64,000 nucleotides of DNA from NCBI GenBank assembly GCA_964473175.1, contig CAYYNN010000002.1:4563-68562 (forward strand), given 5' to 3'. The notes beneath the pieces are model-generated. The model saw only the letters and a list, made by a program, of their open reading frames with translations, ran no database searches and was not told where the DNA came from. The DNA is from an uncultured Candidatus Saccharibacteria bacterium. GTDB lineage: Bacteria > Patescibacteriota > Minisyncoccia > Phycocordibacterales > UBA9973. Every line of letters starts with the position of its first letter. The first letter of the stretch is position 1. The position numbers and the translations under genes are program-made. Positions 9,190 to 20,400 of this stretch are shown here, piece after piece.

Positions 9190-11133
9190 ATGAATCTTCA
9201 CACAAATTTTACCGATGGATTAAATGATGCTCAAAAAAAAGCGGTCATAACTATTGATGGTCCTCTACTGATTGTTGCTGGAGCTGGAGCGGGAAAAACA
9301 AAAACGGTCGTACATCGTATCGGGCACCTTATTACGACAGGTATTGCTCCTTCTGCTATCCTCGCTGTTACCTTTACAAACAAGGCAGCAAAAGAAATGC
9401 GTGAACGAGCTGTGCATCTTATTGAAACAATTCCGTATATAGAACGTATTGGAAAAGGCGAACGAGAGATCCCATTTGTTAGTACCTTTCACAGTTTGGG
9501 TGTATTCCTATTGCGGCGCTTTGGGGCCTTCAATGCAACCGTCAAACGGTTCACAATACTTGATGATTCAGATACGAGTGCGCTCATCAAAGAAGCGCTA
9601 ACCTCGTTTGGTCTTGATCCAAAACAACACGATCCTCGATCGATCAAAAATACTATTAGTCGAGCAGCGAATGCCTTCTTGGATCCCGACCAGCTCGAGA
9701 GAGAAGCGAATCCGTCCTATCGACTCGCTGGACGTGTGTGGAAAAAATACAAAAGTTTGAAGCAAGAACAAAAAGCACTCGACTTTGATGACTTGCTTAC
9801 ACAAACAGTTGCGTTGTTGGAACACAACGAGGAAGTACGCTCATGGTGTCATTCAACATGGTCACACGTCCACATTGATGAGTATCAAGACACCAATGAA
9901 GTACAGTATCGTATTGCAAAAGCACTTGCGTCACATACTAAAAATTTGTGTGTTGTCGGAGACAGTGATCAAAGTATTTATTCATGGCGGGGAGCAAATA
10001 TTAAAAATATTCTTGAGTTCGAACGCGATTATCCTGAAGCAACCGTTGTCGTACTCGAAGAAAATTATCGTTCTACAAAAACAGTCCTTGCTGCTGCAAA
10101 TGAAATAATTGGAAAAAACAACTATCGTACCCCAAAGAAACTTTTTACCAACAACAGTGACGGAGAAATGGTATCTGTATATACCGCATACGATGAAGTC
10201 GATGAGGGTAACTTCATCGTTGAGCGATGCATAGAACATATCGATAGTGGTATGCAGCCTTCAGACATAGCAGTGTTGTTTCGAACCAACTTTCAATCCA
10301 GAGTACTCGAAGAATCCTTTCTTTCATATGCAATTCCATACCAAGTATTGGGTGTCAGGTTCTTTGAACGAAAAGAAGTCAAAGATGTATTGTGTTATGT
10401 TCGAGCTGCGCTGAACCCAGAAAGTCTGATAGATATCAAACGTATTATCAATGTTCCTGCTCGAGGTATTGGGAAAGTCACCATCGCAAAAGTCTTTGCA
10501 AAAGAAGCCCTTCCTGCAAAAGCAGCATTGTCAGTACAAAAGTTTTTTGATCTTCTAGAAAGGATTCGTGAGTATATGAAAGATCATTGTGTATCTGAAA
10601 GCATCAAATATGTCATCACTGAAAGTGCTATGGATACCTACTACAAAGACGATCCCGATGGAGAAGAGCGTTTGGAAAACTTGGCTGAACTGGTAACACT
10701 AGGGACTCGGTATGACCATCTCGGCAGTGAAGATGGCCTCGAGAAACTGATCGAAGAGGCAACATTGATGAGTGACCAAGATAACCTTCAAAACAATGAA
10801 AAGACCGCAAATGGTGTAAAACTCATGACCATTCATGCTGCCAAAGGACTTGAGTTTGCTGTGGTATTTGTTGTTGGCCTTGAACAAGGCCTCTTTCCAC
10901 ACGACCGAGACAAGAACGCAACTGGTGCCGATGCCGAAGAAGAGCGACGTCTGATGTATGTAGCACTCACCCGAGCAAGACAGAAGTTGTATCTGACCTA
11001 TGCAAGCATGCGAACAATATACGGCATGCGCGATGTGCGAATGCCATCAGAGTTTGTTCTCGATATTCCAGAAGAACTCATCACGAGAGAAACAAGAAGT
11101 GGGGAAGCAGGATTTGCGACGGTGTTTCTATAG
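9190..11133 (+). CDS. pcrA: UvrD/PcrA DNA helicase
   Basis: AGAGAGKT, TFTNKAAKEM, DEYQDTN, VGDSDQSIYSWRGA, TIHAAKGLEF, EERRLMYVALTRA. Confidence 0.93.
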   Translation: MNLHTNFTDGLNDAQKKAVITIDGPLLIVAGAGAGKTKTVVHRIGHLITTGIAPSAILAVTFTNKAAKEMRERAVHLIETIPYIERIGKGEREIPFVSTFHSLGVFLLRRFGAFNATVKRFTILDDSDTSALIKEALTSFGLDPKQHDPRSIKNTISRAANAFLDPDQLEREANPSYRLAGRVWKKYKSLKQEQKALDFDDLLTQTVALLEHNEEVRSWCHSTWSHVHIDEYQDTNEVQYRIAKALASHTKNLCVVGDSDQSIYSWRGANIKNILEFERDYPEATVVVLEENYRSTKTVLAAANEIIGKNNYRTPKKLFTNNSDGEMVSVYTAYDEVDEGNFIVERCIEHIDSGMQPSDIAVLFRTNFQSRVLEESFLSYAIPYQVLGVRFFERKEVKDVLCYVRAALNPESLIDIKRIINVPARGIGKVTIAKVFAKEALPAKAALSVQKFFDLLERIREYMKDHCVSESIKYVITESAMDTYYKDDPDGEERLENLAELVTLGTRYDHLGSEDGLEKLIEEATLMSDQDNLQNNEKTANGVKLMTIHAAKGLEFAVVFVVGLEQGLFPHDRDKNATGADAEEERRLMYVALTRARQKLYLTYASMRTIYGMRDVRMPSEFVLDIPEELITRETRSGEAGFATVFL

Positions 11134-11141
11134 ATGCTGTG

Positions 11142-11180
11142 AATATAAAAACCTCTCATCGTGTGAGAGGTTTTTATATT
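11142..11180. terminator. Bidirectional terminator
   Basis: AATATAAAAACCTCTCA / TGAGAGGTTTTTATATT. Confidence 0.75.
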
Positions 11181-11538
11181 ATGACGTACCGGTTCCTGGC
11201 ATTGAATCAAATCGCCCATCACTTGTCACAGTAGTGCATGGATCTCCTGTCATGAGACAATTTCCACCTGGTGTATAGGAACCTAAAAGGTATGTCCCAT
11301 AAATATTATTATTTGAAAAAAGCCTACCACTCCCATCATAGGTCAGTGCGAGTACCCCGCCACCGTTGCCGTAAGTATTAATATAAATAAGCATGTTACC
11401 ACTACAAGTACAGCTCAGTGCAGAAGTTCTCATTCCACCAAAGTAATTGCCTGCAAATACATTGCGTGGATAAAAACCAAATACTGATCCAAGTATTATT
11501 GTCAGCCCGAGTAATAGTTTAGAATATTTTTTAATCAT
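11179..11538 (-). CDS. Small secreted Cys-containing hypothetical protein
   Basis: Signal peptide, FGG...CTCS...LGSY...C...C...GTS; overlaps the upstream gene by 4 nt. Confidence 0.7.
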   Translation of the reverse strand: MIKKYSKLLLGLTIILGSVFGFYPRNVFAGNYFGGMRTSALSCTCSGNMLIYINTYGNGGGVLALTYDGSGRLFSNNNIYGTYLLGSYTPGGNCLMTGDPCTTVTSDGRFDSMPGTGTS

Positions 11539-12302
11539 TGTAATATTTTTTGAATATCAACTTCGATGGGTACTGCATTACTTTCTCCATTTGCATTAGT
11601 AATTTTGAGTATAGCACGTATGTATGTTGTGCCATTCGCATGAGTAACTGTTTCTCCGGTGAGGTTGTTGACAAATGACGAGAGAATAGATGTGTATCTA
11701 CCAGAGTACTTGTACTGCAGTAACTGAGAACGCATTTTTTCTGCAGTTGTAAACGTGAACGGGAATGTAAGAGTTGTTCCATCACTACTTGAATATGAAC
11801 CCACACCTTGAGTTCCATCGCTTACTACAACAACCGTATTATTGAACGCCGTAAAACCTGTCCCTTGTATCGTAATACTCTGAGGACTACTTGTAATGAT
11901 CGCTGGATTAATAGTTGCAATAGAAACGGAAGTTGTAACTGGGGCAACAAGTACCGGAGCAGGAGTGTACTGCCAACTGAGCTTATAGATTAGTGTTCGA
12001 GTAAAGTATCCCACTACCCCAGTCGGGGCACTCAGTCCAGCGGGGACAAGGGCATCAACGGCATATTTAATTTGTAAGCGACTGACTGCTTTGGCGGTAA
12101 GTGCGCCAAAATATGTTGATTCGTTTCCTGGAGAACCTGGACCATTTGTTGCGATACGAGTATCAGGATCGCTATTAAGAAAGACTTGCAACTCTCTAAC
12201 ATCTGCCCCCCGACTACCAATACTGAGCGTACGAGTTATTTCAGCATGCGCAACTGCATAGAAACACAGTATTGCAATCAAGAAAATAGATACATATTTC
12301 AT
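11535..12302 (-). CDS. Secreted peptidoglycan-binding domain protein with Ig/IPT-like C-terminus
   Basis: Signal peptide; LSIGSRGADVRELQVFL...YFGALTAKAVSRLQ...TGVVGYFTR (PG_binding_1-like); ITIQGTGF...SN (IPT/TIG-like). Confidence 0.8.
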   Translation of the reverse strand: MKYVSIFLIAILCFYAVAHAEITRTLSIGSRGADVRELQVFLNSDPDTRIATNGPGSPGNESTYFGALTAKAVSRLQIKYAVDALVPAGLSAPTGVVGYFTRTLIYKLSWQYTPAPVLVAPVTTSVSIATINPAIITSSPQSITIQGTGFTAFNNTVVVVSDGTQGVGSYSSSDGTTLTFPFTFTTAEKMRSQLLQYKYSGRYTSILSSFVNNLTGETVTHANGTTYIRAILKITNANGESNAVPIEVDIQKILQ

Positions 12303-12350
12303 ACAAAACAGTATACACCGTACTCCAAACAAACCTGCTACACTCTATTG

Positions 12351-13139
12351 ATGAAAGCCAAAAAGTCCCTCGGGCAACACTTCCTCAAGAGCGAAAGAGC
12401 TTTGACGCACATTGTCAATGCAGCAAAACCGACACCTGAGGACTACATTTTGGAAATAGGTCCTGGTCACGGTGTACTGACCGAGCGATTGGTACCACTG
12501 GTCAAAAAAGTGGTTGCTATAGAAAAAGACCGTGAACTTATACCATTACTCACAGAGAAGTTCCGAAACGAAGTACGTGACGGCAATATTGAGATCATAG
12601 AGCAAGATATTTTGAAATGGAGCCCAGAGGCACTTGCTTGTAGTTCATATAAACTTGTTGCAAATATCCCGTATTACATTACCGGAGCAATTATTGAACA
12701 GTTTTTGAGTGCAACACACCAACCAACTATCATGGTTCTCCTCATGCAAAGAGAGGTTGCCGAGCGTATTGTTGCCAGAGACGGCAAGGAGAGTATTCTT
12801 TCTATTGCCGTGCATGTGTATGGCACGCCTAAAATTATCGACAGAGTCCCACCCGGTGCATTTGCGCCCGCTCCTACAGTAGAAAGCGCTATCCTCTCTA
12901 TAGAAAACATTACCAGAGATTTTTTTGCAGACTGTAATGAATCATTGTTTTTTGCAGTACTCAAGTCAGTATTTGGTAAGAAGAGGAAACAGATTGGCGG
13001 AAGCCTCTCCGAGTACCTCGATAGTAGGGAAGAAGCACATCGCATCCTCGATGTGGTATCTATAGACCCCAAAAGTCGCCCCGAAGACATACATATATAT
13101 GAATGGAAAAAACTTGTTCAAGTAATACATACGAAATAA
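12351..13139 (+). CDS. rsmA: 16S rRNA m6,2A dimethyltransferase
   Basis: KKSLGQHFL, LEIGPGHG, VANIPYYIT, QREVAERI, FAPAPTVES. Confidence 0.95.
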   Translation: MKAKKSLGQHFLKSERALTHIVNAAKPTPEDYILEIGPGHGVLTERLVPLVKKVVAIEKDRELIPLLTEKFRNEVRDGNIEIIEQDILKWSPEALACSSYKLVANIPYYITGAIIEQFLSATHQPTIMVLLMQREVAERIVARDGKESILSIAVHVYGTPKIIDRVPPGAFAPAPTVESAILSIENITRDFFADCNESLFFAVLKSVFGKKRKQIGGSLSEYLDSREEAHRILDVVSIDPKSRPEDIHIYEWKKLVQVIHTK

Positions 13140-13166
13140 TGTATAAACGTTGTACAATAGTATGTA

Positions 13167-14060
13167 ATGGAAGATCATCTCAACCGACCGAGTAAGCAGT
13201 TTCTAAAACGTGGCGCGATAGCTATTGGCATTCTCGCCATTATCCTTGTTGTCCAAACGACATGGTTCCGACATATATTCACCAAGAAAAGCTCAAGCCC
13301 TATCGTTGCATCTACCACTGTGGGAGATTTGGTTACCAAAGATACCAATGGTAACGGCATAGCAGATTGGGAAGAGCGCTTGTGGGGACTTGACCCAACA
13401 GTGCTTTATACCAACGGTGTGTCTAATGAATCCATCATTGCCGGCAAGAAAAAATCACTCGGTGTTGCCAACACGACATCAGATGCCAACCTTGACGATA
13501 CTGACCGTCTCGCGCGGGAACTGTTCACACTTACTGCGGCATTAGGTCAGTCTGATGAAGTTGATAGTGCAACATTGCGAACAATTGCTGCAAAACTCGG
13601 TTCTTCTGTAGATATCAGAGCCGTAAGCAATCAATATTCACTCAAAGATCTCCAAACCGTTCAAACAACTATTGCGAGCCTTACAAAATACCGAACTTCT
13701 ATGCAAGCAGTCATCAAAAAATATGATGTAAACACTCCTGATATAGAAGTATTGGCAACAGCACTGCAAAATGAAGACTATAGTGGCCTCCCTCAACTTA
13801 CTCAAAGTGCCGTTATATACCAGAGACTAGCCAAAGAACTCACTGCAGTACCTACACCGATTGGCCTGGCGACCAACCATCTCAGTATCATCAACGGTTT
13901 TTCTGGTATTGCGACATCATTTACATACATGACAGAACTTGATGACAACTCACTCAAAGCACTTGTCGGAGTCGCAGTGTACAAAAATTATGCTAACAAA
14001 CTTGCGATTGCAACAAGTCAGATGAATGATTATTTGATTCAATACGGTATACTGCAATAA
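13167..14060 (+). CDS. Membrane-anchored hypothetical protein with Ca-binding-like acidic motif
   Basis: N-terminal TM; DTNGNGIADWEE..WGLDP resembles a thrombospondin type-3-like repeat. Confidence 0.75.
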   Translation: MEDHLNRPSKQFLKRGAIAIGILAIILVVQTTWFRHIFTKKSSSPIVASTTVGDLVTKDTNGNGIADWEERLWGLDPTVLYTNGVSNESIIAGKKKSLGVANTTSDANLDDTDRLARELFTLTAALGQSDEVDSATLRTIAAKLGSSVDIRAVSNQYSLKDLQTVQTTIASLTKYRTSMQAVIKKYDVNTPDIEVLATALQNEDYSGLPQLTQSAVIYQRLAKELTAVPTPIGLATNHLSIINGFSGIATSFTYMTELDDNSLKALVGVAVYKNYANKLAIATSQMNDYLIQYGILQ

Positions 14061-14063
14061 CAC

Positions 14064-16436
14064 ATGAATACGGCGCGCAATATTTTCTTCATAGCACTCA
14101 TACTCCTCTTTATACCGACGGCAACACATGCGGCTCCACTTTGCTCCGATGGAACACCAGCACCTGCAGGGAACATTTGTAACTGCGCTGCAGCATTCAA
14201 TGGAGGAGGGAGTAACTTCACCCCAGGGTCAGGATCAAGTCTTACCGGAAACACCTTTGATGGTAAGACTTTCTCAGGTTTAGGTGGAGCATTAATAAGC
14301 TGCCTTAACATCGGTGGTGCTATTTCCAACCTTTCCTCTAACCTCCAAAATGGAGATGGGTTTAGTTTTAAAGATAATTCAGTACAGCAAATCCCTGTCA
14401 ATGCTTCATCTGTAGAACAAGGTACAACTAAAACCGCGAAGGAAACAGCGGCGACAACAAAACGAGAACAGTGTCTCAACGGTGCAGCATATGCCGCAGC
14501 AAAAACATCTCTCCAAAAACTCTCTGACAAAACACTCAACTGGGTCAAGACCGGTTACAACGGCAATCCACTCTATGTTCGAGATATTGATTCATTTATG
14601 TCATCTATTGCAGGAGAAAAACTAAACACGTATCTCAACCAATACATCGATGCGAGCAATAGTCCTGTATTTGGTAATGCACTTAAGTCAGTCATCAAAA
14701 AACAAGTTACTGGGTGGGATGACGGCTACCTCAACAAGGCTATGAATACACCTGAAGGTAAGGCATATACGGCATTTCAATCTGATTTTACTCAAGGAGG
14801 GTGGGGGGCGTTGTTAAATATGAAGAACAATCCTATCGGAGCATATTTTAATGCAACGGACCAAGTGAGCGGTATTATTGGTACAGCGCAACAAAATACA
14901 CAGAACGAACTCCAACAAGGAAATGGTTTCTTGAGTATGAGAAAGTGCGTCGAGTATGAAGACAAGAGTACAAAAGTAAGTGGTACAAATTCTTCTGGGC
15001 CTGATTGCGGAACATTACAAGACCAAGCACAAGAACAATACGACACATGTATGCAACTTGCCGGAAGTGGTCAAACACAACAGGAGCAATCTGCCAGTGA
15101 ACAAATTTGTCAGATAACCCTTACTGCTGCTCAGTCTCAAATAACGTCATCAACATGTAGTCCTGCAAATGGTACGACACCAGTACTTGCAGGTAGCAAG
15201 GCAAAGTGTCTTAAATACGAAACAGTGACCCCTGGATCTCTGATTGCCAACCAAGTGAACGGTGTTTCAAACTCAACATCACAGATATTGATTAATGCAG
15301 ATAAAATCAACGAGACGATTGGTGTATTCTTTGGGCAGTTGATGGACAGACTCTTTACGGACGGACTCAGCGGTACTGGTAATGGTTCAAGTGGAAATAA
15401 AGCTGATCCGAGTTGGTCACTGGGAAATAACGTAGTGACTGGTACTAATGGGAAAACCCTTGCAAGCGCATCATCCTGCCAAACCCCGTTAGGGTACGAC
15501 CCTTCTACTGGAGGGTTTGACCAAGAGTTTGATATTAGTAGACCCCAGCAATTGAACTCAGTTATTGTGACGCAGAAAAACTTCCTTACTCGTATGCAAG
15601 ACGCACAATTTGTGATGAACAAATTTATTCCTCGTCTCGGAGCATTGGACTACTGTATTCCAGGACCAAACCCAACATACAACAACAACCTCAACGAGAA
15701 CGCACAGGCACTTATTTCTCAATTTCAAACACTCACTGAAACATATAACAATGCAGCGAATACAGCCATTCAAGGGGCTCTTGATCCTGGGCATATATTG
15801 ACGGCTGCAGGGTGTGCTATTTTCCCTCGAAGCTGTGATAACACTCCTCATATTGTTGGATATTCAACTACTCGAGTATCTCTTTTTGACAAAGTGACTG
15901 AGGAACAAAAAAGAATTAGTGATCGTATTTACGGAACCGGTGCATCAGAAGAATTGATGAGGTTTTTTCTTAGTGATGTTGTCGTAGAACTCAAAAGCTT
16001 ATTTGCAACCACATATACCGACACCAACATCATCAACGCATTCGTTAGTACTAGCACCAACCCTGCCCAACAAACATTGATCTCCGGGAAAATAAAAGAG
16101 TCTATTAAAATAACTGCTGACCTTCCTGGATATGCACAAGGAATAGCTGGATATAATGAATACTACTCATCTACTATCGAGAACACACAAGCAGCTTTAA
16201 CTGAACTTGCTGCTATATACAAAGATGTGCAAGATATTGTTGGTCCAGCAAAAGCACGATATATTCTCGACATGCAAAACGCAGGTACTCCCGTCAACCT
16301 CTCTTGTATTGATAACGCCTACCGACTCGGCCCAATAGGTACCGGCGTGGCTCATCTAGAAAACATTACTGCCCCGCTTGACGCATTCCAGTTGCACTCT
16401 GCGGCGTCGAGCGCATATTTCTATAGTCATCTATAA
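14064..16436 (+). CDS. Large secreted Cys-rich hypothetical protein
   Basis: 790-aa ORF, signal peptide, multiple Cys pairs. Confidence 0.8.
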   Translation: MNTARNIFFIALILLFIPTATHAAPLCSDGTPAPAGNICNCAAAFNGGGSNFTPGSGSSLTGNTFDGKTFSGLGGALISCLNIGGAISNLSSNLQNGDGFSFKDNSVQQIPVNASSVEQGTTKTAKETAATTKREQCLNGAAYAAAKTSLQKLSDKTLNWVKTGYNGNPLYVRDIDSFMSSIAGEKLNTYLNQYIDASNSPVFGNALKSVIKKQVTGWDDGYLNKAMNTPEGKAYTAFQSDFTQGGWGALLNMKNNPIGAYFNATDQVSGIIGTAQQNTQNELQQGNGFLSMRKCVEYEDKSTKVSGTNSSGPDCGTLQDQAQEQYDTCMQLAGSGQTQQEQSASEQICQITLTAAQSQITSSTCSPANGTTPVLAGSKAKCLKYETVTPGSLIANQVNGVSNSTSQILINADKINETIGVFFGQLMDRLFTDGLSGTGNGSSGNKADPSWSLGNNVVTGTNGKTLASASSCQTPLGYDPSTGGFDQEFDISRPQQLNSVIVTQKNFLTRMQDAQFVMNKFIPRLGALDYCIPGPNPTYNNNLNENAQALISQFQTLTETYNNAANTAIQGALDPGHILTAAGCAIFPRSCDNTPHIVGYSTTRVSLFDKVTEEQKRISDRIYGTGASEELMRFFLSDVVVELKSLFATTYTDTNIINAFVSTSTNPAQQTLISGKIKESIKITADLPGYAQGIAGYNEYYSSTIENTQAALTELAAIYKDVQDIVGPAKARYILDMQNAGTPVNLSCIDNAYRLGPIGTGVAHLENITAPLDAFQLHSAASSAYFYSHL

Positions 16437-16444
16437 TACATCCT

Positions 16445-17449
16445 ATGAAACGAGCAATTACAATTTTCCTTATCATCCTTGTCGTCGTCGGCATTTTCCT
16501 TACTGGAGCATGGCTGATATCTCGACGTACTGCAGTCAAAAACAGCGCCCCAGCACCAACATTTCGTGACTTCATCACTGGAGACTCAGGAAAAGGTGAC
16601 ACACTTACTCCAAATAACGGCGATCTTTCATCTGTGTTCGTCGATGACAACCTCGGTAACACCGATACTGTTGGTGTCGTCGATACAACTCCAGGAACTC
16701 AAGTTGCACAGTTTACCAATGGAGGCACTTCGCCATCAGGAGGTAGTAGTGGGGCCGGCAATACACAAGGTACGAGCGGGAACGGTATCACCACTACAAC
16801 CTCTCCCAATGGGACTACTACAACGACAACTCCAGGAACAGTTCCAGGAACAGTTATTATTACAACCACAACTCCCAATGGGACTACTACAACGACAACT
16901 ACCAGTATCGATCCGACAACACAACCTCCGTCAACTGCACCTGCTACCACACCTGGTCCCGCATGTGGTGACGCAGATCTCAATATTCAGTTTACTGCGA
17001 ATGAGCTCGCCAAGTTACAGGTACTTCAAAACCGTTTTTATGCTATCGCGCAAAGCCTCCACTCTGATGCAGATGTAGCAACTGAACTAGGTAACCATGA
17101 CAACTTCCTGGCAAAAGTTACCAATACCGAGAGTCTGTACCTGTTTTGCGATCAAATAGTTACAACCCAAGGAGCTGGTGCTATTACGAATCCTGCATAT
17201 AAAAAGCATATTCCAACACCCTTTTGGCATAGTAACGGTATATTGGGTACAGACAATGAACTATTTATCGCAACAGATGGTCCCTATGATGGAACACTTC
17301 GTATAGGAATACCTATGCCGAACGGATTCCCTGGAAACCAAGACCCCGGAGATATAACGACCAATCCGGATGACCTACTGTTTACACCCAACAACGTCAA
17401 GCTTGTCTTGCGGTCACTTGAACGCTCACTCCGATTGAACCTGTGGTAG
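16445..17449 (+). CDS. Membrane-anchored protein with Thr/Gly/Pro-rich linker
   Basis: N-terminal TM, TTTTSPNGTTTTT repeats, C-terminal globular region. Confidence 0.75.
   Translation: MKRAITIFLIILVVVGIFLTGAWLISRRTAVKNSAPAPTFRDFITGDSGKGDTLTPNNGDLSSVFVDDNLGNTDTVGVVDTTPGTQVAQFTNGGTSPSGGSSGAGNTQGTSGNGITTTTSPNGTTTTTTPGTVPGTVIITTTTPNGTTTTTTTSIDPTTQPPSTAPATTPGPACGDADLNIQFTANELAKLQVLQNRFYAIAQSLHSDADVATELGNHDNFLAKVTNTESLYLFCDQIVTTQGAGAITNPAYKKHIPTPFWHSNGILGTDNELFIATDGPYDGTLRIGIPMPNGFPGNQDPGDITTNPDDLLFTPNNVKLVLRSLERSLRLNLW
16803..16900 (+). repeat. Intragenic direct repeats
   Basis: 29-nt CTCCCAATGGGACTACTACAACGACAACT at 16803-16831 and 16872-16900; TCCAGGAACAGT x2 at 16831-16854. Confidence 0.85.
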
Positions 17450-17479
17450 TAAATACTATTTGCGTGATACACTGTACAC

Positions 17480-20400
17480 GTGGATTCACTCTCTGTCAGA
17501 CGGTTTATTTTTAGAATAAAAAAAAATCTCTCACGCATCTCCAAGACAGCGCTTTTCGCGTTCGTCTTTTTGATTTTATTGGGTGGAAATATATCTCAGG
17601 TCTTTGCGGATGATGCATTCAATGAATACAAGTATCTTTTCAATACAGCAAATAGCAGCATTCCTATAACAGTAGGTGTTAATACGAACACTTTTGCAAA
17701 AAAATCATGGATGGTTGACGGTCAGAATATTTCAGGGATTTGGATGAAATATTCCTATACCTTTGGAAGTGAGACAGGGGATAAAAACGCTGAATACACA
17801 TGGGACCATATTGACGCATTAAATGGTAGTGAAATTTTTATCGTGAGATCTTGTGATACGGGAACAACAGATAACTGCATTTATAGCAAAATTCCATATA
17901 CACAATATGGATATGGAACCGATACCAATATCATATTTCGAGCAAGAGCTAGTGCATACTTTGCAAATCAAACCGTTGATATTAAAGCATCACAATGGGT
18001 AACATCTAGTGATAGTTCTATTGTTCCAGATTTTCTCACAAAACCAGCTCAAAGCGTTAGTATTTGGTATTGTGCATCAAAACCAAACCATGCTGTTATC
18101 GCAGGTGGAGATGATCGCCCTGAACCAAAAGATGCTGCTGACTCAGCAAATGATCCAGCAATTCAGAAATTTGGAAGTCTCTGTGATGGAAGAACATATT
18201 TTAAGATCAACCAAGTAGATGGGCTAAAACCTGTGTCTGCTCAGATAGAATCACAGACACAAGCTACTACAACAAATGAGGCAAGTGGTGGTGCTGGGGG
18301 TGCAAAGGCCGAAGGAGAAGGGAACGACCTACCTTCATGTAGTTTTACGGGAGGAATCTTTAGCGCAGGTAGTTTCATGGGGTGTATTGCTCGAGTCGTG
18401 TATTACGTTGTGTATTGGCCTATTGCGTGGTTTGCGAGTTTAATGGGCAACTTGTTTGACTTCTTCTTGTCTTATTCGCTTTCCGACAGCTCGTACCGTG
18501 CTGAGTTTGCTATCAGAGGGTGGCAGATAGTGCGAGATATATCCAACATCTTCTTTATTGTTATCCTGGTTTGGACCGGCTTATCGACAGTGTTCAACAC
18601 AGGGACAAACATGAAGAAAGTAGTGCCAAACCTTATTTTGAATGCACTACTCATCAACTTCTCACTCTTTGGAACGAGAGTGATCATCGATATATCCAAC
18701 ATCGTCGCTCGTGTCTTTTATAATACGATGCAGGTCTGTGAGGGGAAGTGTGTGGATGCCAACAACGATGGAGTACAGGACAACCCAGCCATTGGTGCCG
18801 GTAAGTCAAAAGCTCTTTCCCAAAAAATAGTTTCTGCATTCAATCCGCAAAAAATATTTGACACTAGTGTAATTGACTCACAAAGAGCTGTTAAAAACGT
18901 TACTCAATCAAAGATTGCTGACAGTGACAGTGAGGTTGCTGGGTATTATATCGTGGTGACCATCATTGCTGCGGCTATTCTTTTTGGTATTGCAATGATG
19001 TTTTGGAGAGTGGCATTTTTCTTCTTGGGAAGAGTTATTGGTCTGTATGTGGCCATGATATTTGCGCCATTCGCATTCCTGGGACGAGGAGGTCTTCCGT
19101 TGGTGAGTGGTATCAAAGAACTGTCGTGGGATAGTTGGCTTTCAGACTTGACCAAATATGCATTGTTAGCACCTATTTTTGTATTCTTTTTATATATTAT
19201 TTATTCATTCCTTGAAACAAATTTCATCACCGTATATACAGGTGTGGTAGGGAATACTTTCTTTGAAACAGTTATCTATATCGCAGTGCCGATGTTGATC
19301 GTCTATTTCATGGTCAAACAAGGGGTTACCATTGCGGAGAATTATGCGGGGAAAATCGGAAAGCAGGTGCAGGAAGGCGCAATGAAGGTTATAGGGTCAG
19401 GTGTCGGTCTCGCAGCGGGCACAGCAGCATTTGCTGGAAGAAATATTATTGGACGAGGTCTTGGTGCTATAGGTAAACAAAAAGTTTCGTATACAGATAA
19501 GGATGGAAAAGAGATCGAAACAACTCGGGCTGCACAATGGGCAGCTAATTCAAACAACAGTTTCTTTGCAAGGAGATGGAACAACACCTACAGTGCATCT
19601 CAGACTGGGTCATGGGATGCTCGAAATGTAAATGTCGCAGGAAAATCCGCTGAAGATAGGCTTTTCAAAGGCCTTGGCCTTAGTGACAATATTAGCGGGA
19701 AGCTCGGAATTGGCAAAGAAAAAGCACTCGGGAAAGATGGTAAGGCAGGAGGTAATGTCATGATTAATAAAAAACGTGATGAAGAAAAACAGAAAGAAAT
19801 AGAAAGTAGAATCCAGACAGCCCATCTATCAGATGAGGATGCTAAGGCGGCGGGCGAGCGCTATAAGAATGAAAAAATTAAGGCATTTGCGGATCAGCAT
19901 TGGACAGAACATGTTGATGTCGATGATATCGCACTAAATTCTAAAGCATATCGTGACCTTAAGACAAAAGAAGAACAAATACAAAAAGATTTAGTTGCTG
20001 CTAAGGCTGCTAATCTACCTGGGGCAACGGCAATACATGAACAAAGTCTTGCAGACAATAAGACTGCACAGGCTCAAACATTGCAGAAGGAAAAAGATAC
20101 AGCAAAAGATACAAAAGAAAAAGACCAAGCTGCATTTCAACAACTCAAGCTTCAGGCAGTTGACCAGATCACAAAAGACAATAAGCGAAATGAGAGCGAA
20201 GCTTTTAAAGATACAGTCAAAGAAGAAAGAGATCGTTTGGATAAGTATGGAAAAATTAAAGACAATAAAAGCTTTACGAACATGATGAGAGCCGAATATG
20301 TTGAAGACTTACAAAATGGATCCTTCTGGGGGGAATTTACAAAATCTGGTTTCGGTTCTGCTGTTAGTAAAACTGCAATTGGATCTATTCTCGGAACACT

